From the NCBI GenBank assembly GCA_030604855.1, contig JAUVVC010000007.1:30001-62000 (forward strand): a stretch of 32,000 nt of DNA, in the 5' to 3' direction. Origin of the DNA: Erysipelotrichaceae bacterium. Lineage in GTDB: Bacteria > Bacillota_I > Bacilli_A > Erysipelotrichales > Erysipelotrichaceae. Positions 28,820 through 32,000 of this stretch are shown here, piece by piece. The position numbers and the translations under genes were made by a program. Position 1 is the stretch's first letter. Each line of letters opens with the position of its first letter. The notes under the pieces were generated by a model, which did not search any database, was not told the DNA's origin, and saw only the letters and a list, made by a program, of their open reading frames with translations.

Positions 28820-31800
28820 TTAATAGTCGGCTTCTTCTTCCTTACCATCACGGATCATTTCCGGAGGTAAGCTCTGTTCTTCCATCAGTCTGCGATTGAC
28901 TTCTTCACGAGCTTCTTTCATTTCACCAGCAAGTTCAATGATTTGCGTCGTACTTTCACGTTCCGCATGAGAACCTGTACCCGCAGGAATCTTCTTACCG
29001 ATGATGACGTTTTCCTTCAGACCCAATAAGTGGTCAACTTTGCCCTTGATGGACGCATCGGTCAATACCTTGGTGGTTTCTTGGAATGATGCGGCAGATA
29101 GGAATGAATCCGTTTCAACCGAGGACTTGGAAATACCCAACAGTACAGGTTTGAAGGTTGCTGGACGACGACCGCTTAACAAGGCTTTCTTATTAAGGTT
29201 GGTGATGTTCGGCAAACTGATCTGAACGCCTGCGCTCATGTGTGTATCACGACCATCCGTGACCACGACCTTACGCAACATTTGTTTGATCATGACTTCA
29301 ATATGTTTGTCAGAGATTTCAATCCCTTGACTTTGGTATACTTTCTTAACTTCTTTGAGGATGTAGTTTTGAACGCTGAGTACGCCACCGACTTCTAAGA
29401 GTTCCTTAGGATCGATATGATCCTCAGTCAACTTGTCACCGGCTTCGATCTCAACACCAACCTTGATCCAAGGACGGATGTGCTGGGTCAAGGATGCGAA
29501 GTGTTCAACACTTTCCTTTTCATTCGTGATGACGATACGCATCAACAAGTCTTTGTTACCGCGACTTTCCGTACCATCTTCAGGTGTCTTGAAGGATTCC
29601 AAATCACGGATCTTCTTGAACTTCTGTTCTTCCGTGTTCACAACCGACAAGAGATAGGAGTAGATATTCGGGTCAACCCCTTCAATCGTAGTGATCGTAC
29701 CAGAGATCTTCGCTAAGAGCGCAGGTTTCTTCGGACGACGGGCTTCAAAGAGTTCTTCGACACGCGGCAAACCTTGTGTGATATCGCCCCCTTCAGCAGC
29801 AGCGACCCCACCGGTGTGGAAGGTACGCATGGTTAACTGAGTACCTGGTTCCCCAATGGATTGAGCAGCCATGATACCAACAGCCTCGCCCACTTCAACG
29901 ATCTTACCCGTTGCCATGTTGCGACCATAACACTTCTTACATACACCGTAGATGGATTCACAAGAGAACACATTACGAATGAGGACCTTCTTGACACCTG
30001 CTTCAACAATTTGGCGAGCGATGTCGTCGGTGATGAGTTCATCACTTTCAACCAAGACTTCCTGGGTTGTTGGATGAATGACATCTTCCTTGGCATAACG
30101 TCCAACCAAACGGTCGTAGATGCCTTCAATAACGGAGTTGGTCTTACGATCCATGATGTCTTCCACAACATACGCACGATCGGTTCCACAGTCTTCTTCA
30201 GAGATCAAGAGGTCTTGCGCAACGTCAACCAAACGACGAGTCAAGTAACCCGATTCTGCTGTTTTCAAAGCGGTATCGGTCAAACCTTTACGGACACCGT
30301 GCGTCGAGATAAAGAATTCGGAAACGTTCAAACCTTTACGGAATGAGGAGTAGATCGGGACTTCGAAGATCGAGGTCGCGTACTTACGTTCACGCAAGGC
30401 TTCAACTTTAACGGCATCACGGACTTCGGTTCCACCTTGATCTGGCGTGTAAGCCACTTCATTGTCTTTGACTTCCAAGAACTTCTTATAGGAGATCTTT
30501 TCAGAATCAATGAGTTTCTTCGCCAAATCATAGAACGAATCATCCAAATCCTTATTGTTCACACGCAATTGTGCGATTTCATCTGAATGCAATGTTTGTA
30601 AAATCTTATCGGACTCCACCTGAATCAACTTGCGTGTCTTCGCGATGAGTTCACGACGTTGCCAACGAGCGATGTGCTCAGTGGAAACTTTGTCTTCTTC
30701 AATCAAACCTTCCGCTACATTGCGGATGAGTTCCATGTTTTTGCCTTTGGCTTCTGCTAGGATCTCAGTTTGAATGCCGCTGAGTAAGCCACGGATTTCG
30801 GCCGCATCGAGCGCCAACATCTCCATGACCAATTTCTTGGTGTCCAAACGATCTAAGAAAGCTTGATCGATACGATTTGCCTTTAGTAATTCCAAGGCGA
30901 TCGAAGGGAACTGCTTACGTTCGATTTGTTCGAGATCGTAAGACTCTTCGACCAAGGCCAAGACTTCACGAGCACCTTCTTCAAGGTAACTTACAGTTTT
31001 GGAAACCATTTCCTTGAGTACGACATACTCTTCGAGTTGGACTTGGGTGAAGCGGCCATCTTCGATGATCGCGTCACTAATACGCTTATGGGAATCTGCT
31101 TTCAGCTTCTTATCTTTGTGTTCATTCAATGAGATGATTTCTTCATCACTGAGTAACTCAATAATGAAATCATCTTGATTCTTCAAACCATCCATGATGA
31201 CTTTACGAAGTTCTGCCTTTTGGAGAAGTTCATCATCCAAACGCAAATCATTCATCAAAGTTTCAATCAATGGCTTCAATTCTTCAGAACGTTGTTTCTT
31301 ACCCTTGATGTTCTTCAGGATGAGTTTATCTTCATCACTCAAGAGGTCCATGATTTCAGGCGTTGCCAAAGCAAGGTGCTCTGCCAACAAGGAAGACTTC
31401 TCTTTGCGAATATCGCTTTCGAGTTTCTCCAACATCTGCATGGAAACACGGTTCTCATCCACCAAGTGTTCCGCAAGTACATTCACATATTCATCACGAT
31501 TCGCACGTTTCAGACGTAAACCATCCAATTCTTTCTGCGTGGTGATGTTTTTAATGAAATTGCTTTCTTTTTCTAGATGTTTCTTGATGAACTCCGGAAC
31601 GATCAAGAGCATGTGTGCTTGTTGGACCTTATCCAAGTTCAAGGCATTGTCATTCATCAAGCTCAACGCAAAGTTGCGTAGACCTTCATGGTTCTTGGTG
31701 CGATTGATGGATTTGAGTTCCAACTTTTGATCCGGCGTCAAAAGGTCGACGATCATAGGGGATTCTTTACTCAAAAGCTCCATAACCGTTACACGCAATT

Positions 31801-32000
31801 GACGTGAGAGTTCTGCTTTATGCAAGGTTTCTTCCGTAACACGGTTTTCTTCTACCAAGCGACGGCCTAAAGCTTGCAGGACTTCTGCTTTTTCCTTCAA
31901 ATCACGAATGGACTTGATGGTTTTGATTTCTGCAGAGGACAATTCAGCGTAGATTTCTTTGGATTCTTCTTTGAGAAGTTCCAAGATGAGACTTTGTTTC
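28820..32000 (-). CDS. rpoC: RNA polymerase beta-prime subunit, C-terminal portion carrying a very large non-canonical helical-repeat region (frame open to the window end)
   Basis: Canonical beta-prime from ...[51 protein letters not shown] (bridge helix), through [21 protein letters not shown] (trigger loop) and [18 protein letters not shown], to the stop. The track's initial M is a TTG codon; the codons before it (..KQSLI) are also open to position 32000. Confidence 0.9.
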   Translation of the reverse strand, partial: KQSLILELLKEESKEIYAELSSAEIKTIKSIRDLKEKAEVLQALGRRLVEENRVTEETLHKAELSRQLRVTVMELLSKESPMIVDLLTPDQKLELKSINRTKNHEGLRNFALSLMNDNALNLDKVQQAHMLLIVPEFIKKHLEKESNFIKNITTQKELDGLRLKRANRDEYVNVLAEHLVDENRVSMQMLEKLESDIRKEKSSLLAEHLALATPEIMDLLSDEDKLILKNIKGKKQRSEELKPLIETLMNDLRLDDELLQKAELRKVIMDGLKNQDDFIIELLSDEEIISLNEHKDKKLKADSHKRISDAIIEDGRFTQVQLEEYVVLKEMVSKTVSYLEEGAREVLALVEESYDLEQIERKQFPSIALELLKANRIDQAFLDRLDTKKLVMEMLALDAAEIRGLLSGIQTEILAEAKGKNMELIRNVAEGLIEEDKVSTEHIARWQRRELIAKTRKLIQVESDKILQTLHSDEIAQLRVNNKDLDDSFYDLAKKLIDSEKISYKKFLEVKDNEVAYTPDQGGTEVRDAVKVEALRERKYATSIFEVPIYSSFRKGLNVSEFFISTHGVRKGLTDTALKTAESGYLTRRLVDVAQDLLISEEDCGTDRAYVVEDIMDRKTNSVIEGIYDRLVGRYAKEDVIHPTTQEVLVESDELITDDIARQIVEAGVKKVLIRNVFSCESIYGVCKKCYGRNMATGKIVEVGEAVGIMAAQSIGEPGTQLTMRTFHTGGVAAAEGGDITQGLPRVEELFEARRPKKPALLAKISGTITTIEGVDPNIYSYLLSVVNTEEQKFKKIRDLESFKTPEDGTESRGNKDLLMRIVITNEKESVEHFASLTQHIRPWIKVGVEIEAGDKLTEDHIDPKELLEVGGVLSVQNYILKEVKKVYQSQGIEISDKHIEVMIKQMLRKVVVTDGRDTHMSAGVQISLPNITNLNKKALLSGRRPATFKPVLLGISKSSVETDSFLSAASFQETTKVLTDASIKGKVDHLLGLKENVIIGKKIPAGTGSHAERESTTQIIELAGEMKEAREEVNRRLMEEQSLPPEMIRDGKEEEADY
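30467..32000 (-). repeat. At least 8 diverged tandem repeats of ~56-68 codons inside the rpoC frame
   Basis: Units begin near [132 protein letters not shown]. Each ends in an L..L.eenR/K.....L.KaEL-like helix. Similarity shows at the protein level only. Confidence 0.75.

Noticed and set aside
30377-32000. An intein, mobile element or assembly artefact as the explanation for the extra rpoC sequence.
   Set aside because: No intein splice-junction residues or blocks (Cys/Ser start, His-Asn end, endonuclease motifs). No transposase or inverted repeats. The frame stays continuous and codon usage looks like the flanks. Only a mis-assembly check on the raw reads could exclude the artefact.

Overview
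Core-genome window from a moderately AT-rich Gram-positive bacterium (Bacillota). The missing rpmD and the charged r-protein tails hint at an Erysipelotrichia- or Mollicutes-related lineage, at low confidence. All ORFs close under the standard code. All genes but one are on the minus strand. From high to low coordinates: the 3' part of rpoC (runs off the window end); rpsL-rpsG-fusA-tuf; an ~8 kb metabolic block (ARO8-type aminotransferase on the + strand, a DUF2294 protein, an archaeal-type PEP carboxylase, overlapping aconitase-IDH-citrate synthase genes); the S10-spc-alpha cluster rpsJ to rplQ, including secY-adk-map-infA-rpmJ; then an O-methyltransferase, a small membrane-anchored unknown, ecfA1 and the 5' end of ecfA2. 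I saw no tRNA, rRNA, CRISPR array, transposase, integrase or phage gene. Four ORF-track entries were trimmed to internal starts (rplP, rpsM, secY, the methyltransferase, plus aconitase), and two genes missing from the track were added by hand (rpmJ, ecfA2 fragment). Most unusual: (1) the rpoC frame carries at least ~540 codons of diverged tandem alpha-helical repeats just N-terminal to the bridge-helix segment, where canonical beta-prime has only a few residues; (2) an identical 23-nt quasi-palindrome made of two CodY-box-like half-operators lies next to the predicted -35 of both the aconitase operon and the aminotransferase gene; (3) a PEP-to-2-oxoglutarate/glutamate module sits between tuf and rpsJ, which are normally adjacent. 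All calls rest on reading and translating the sequence by eye; no database search was run.
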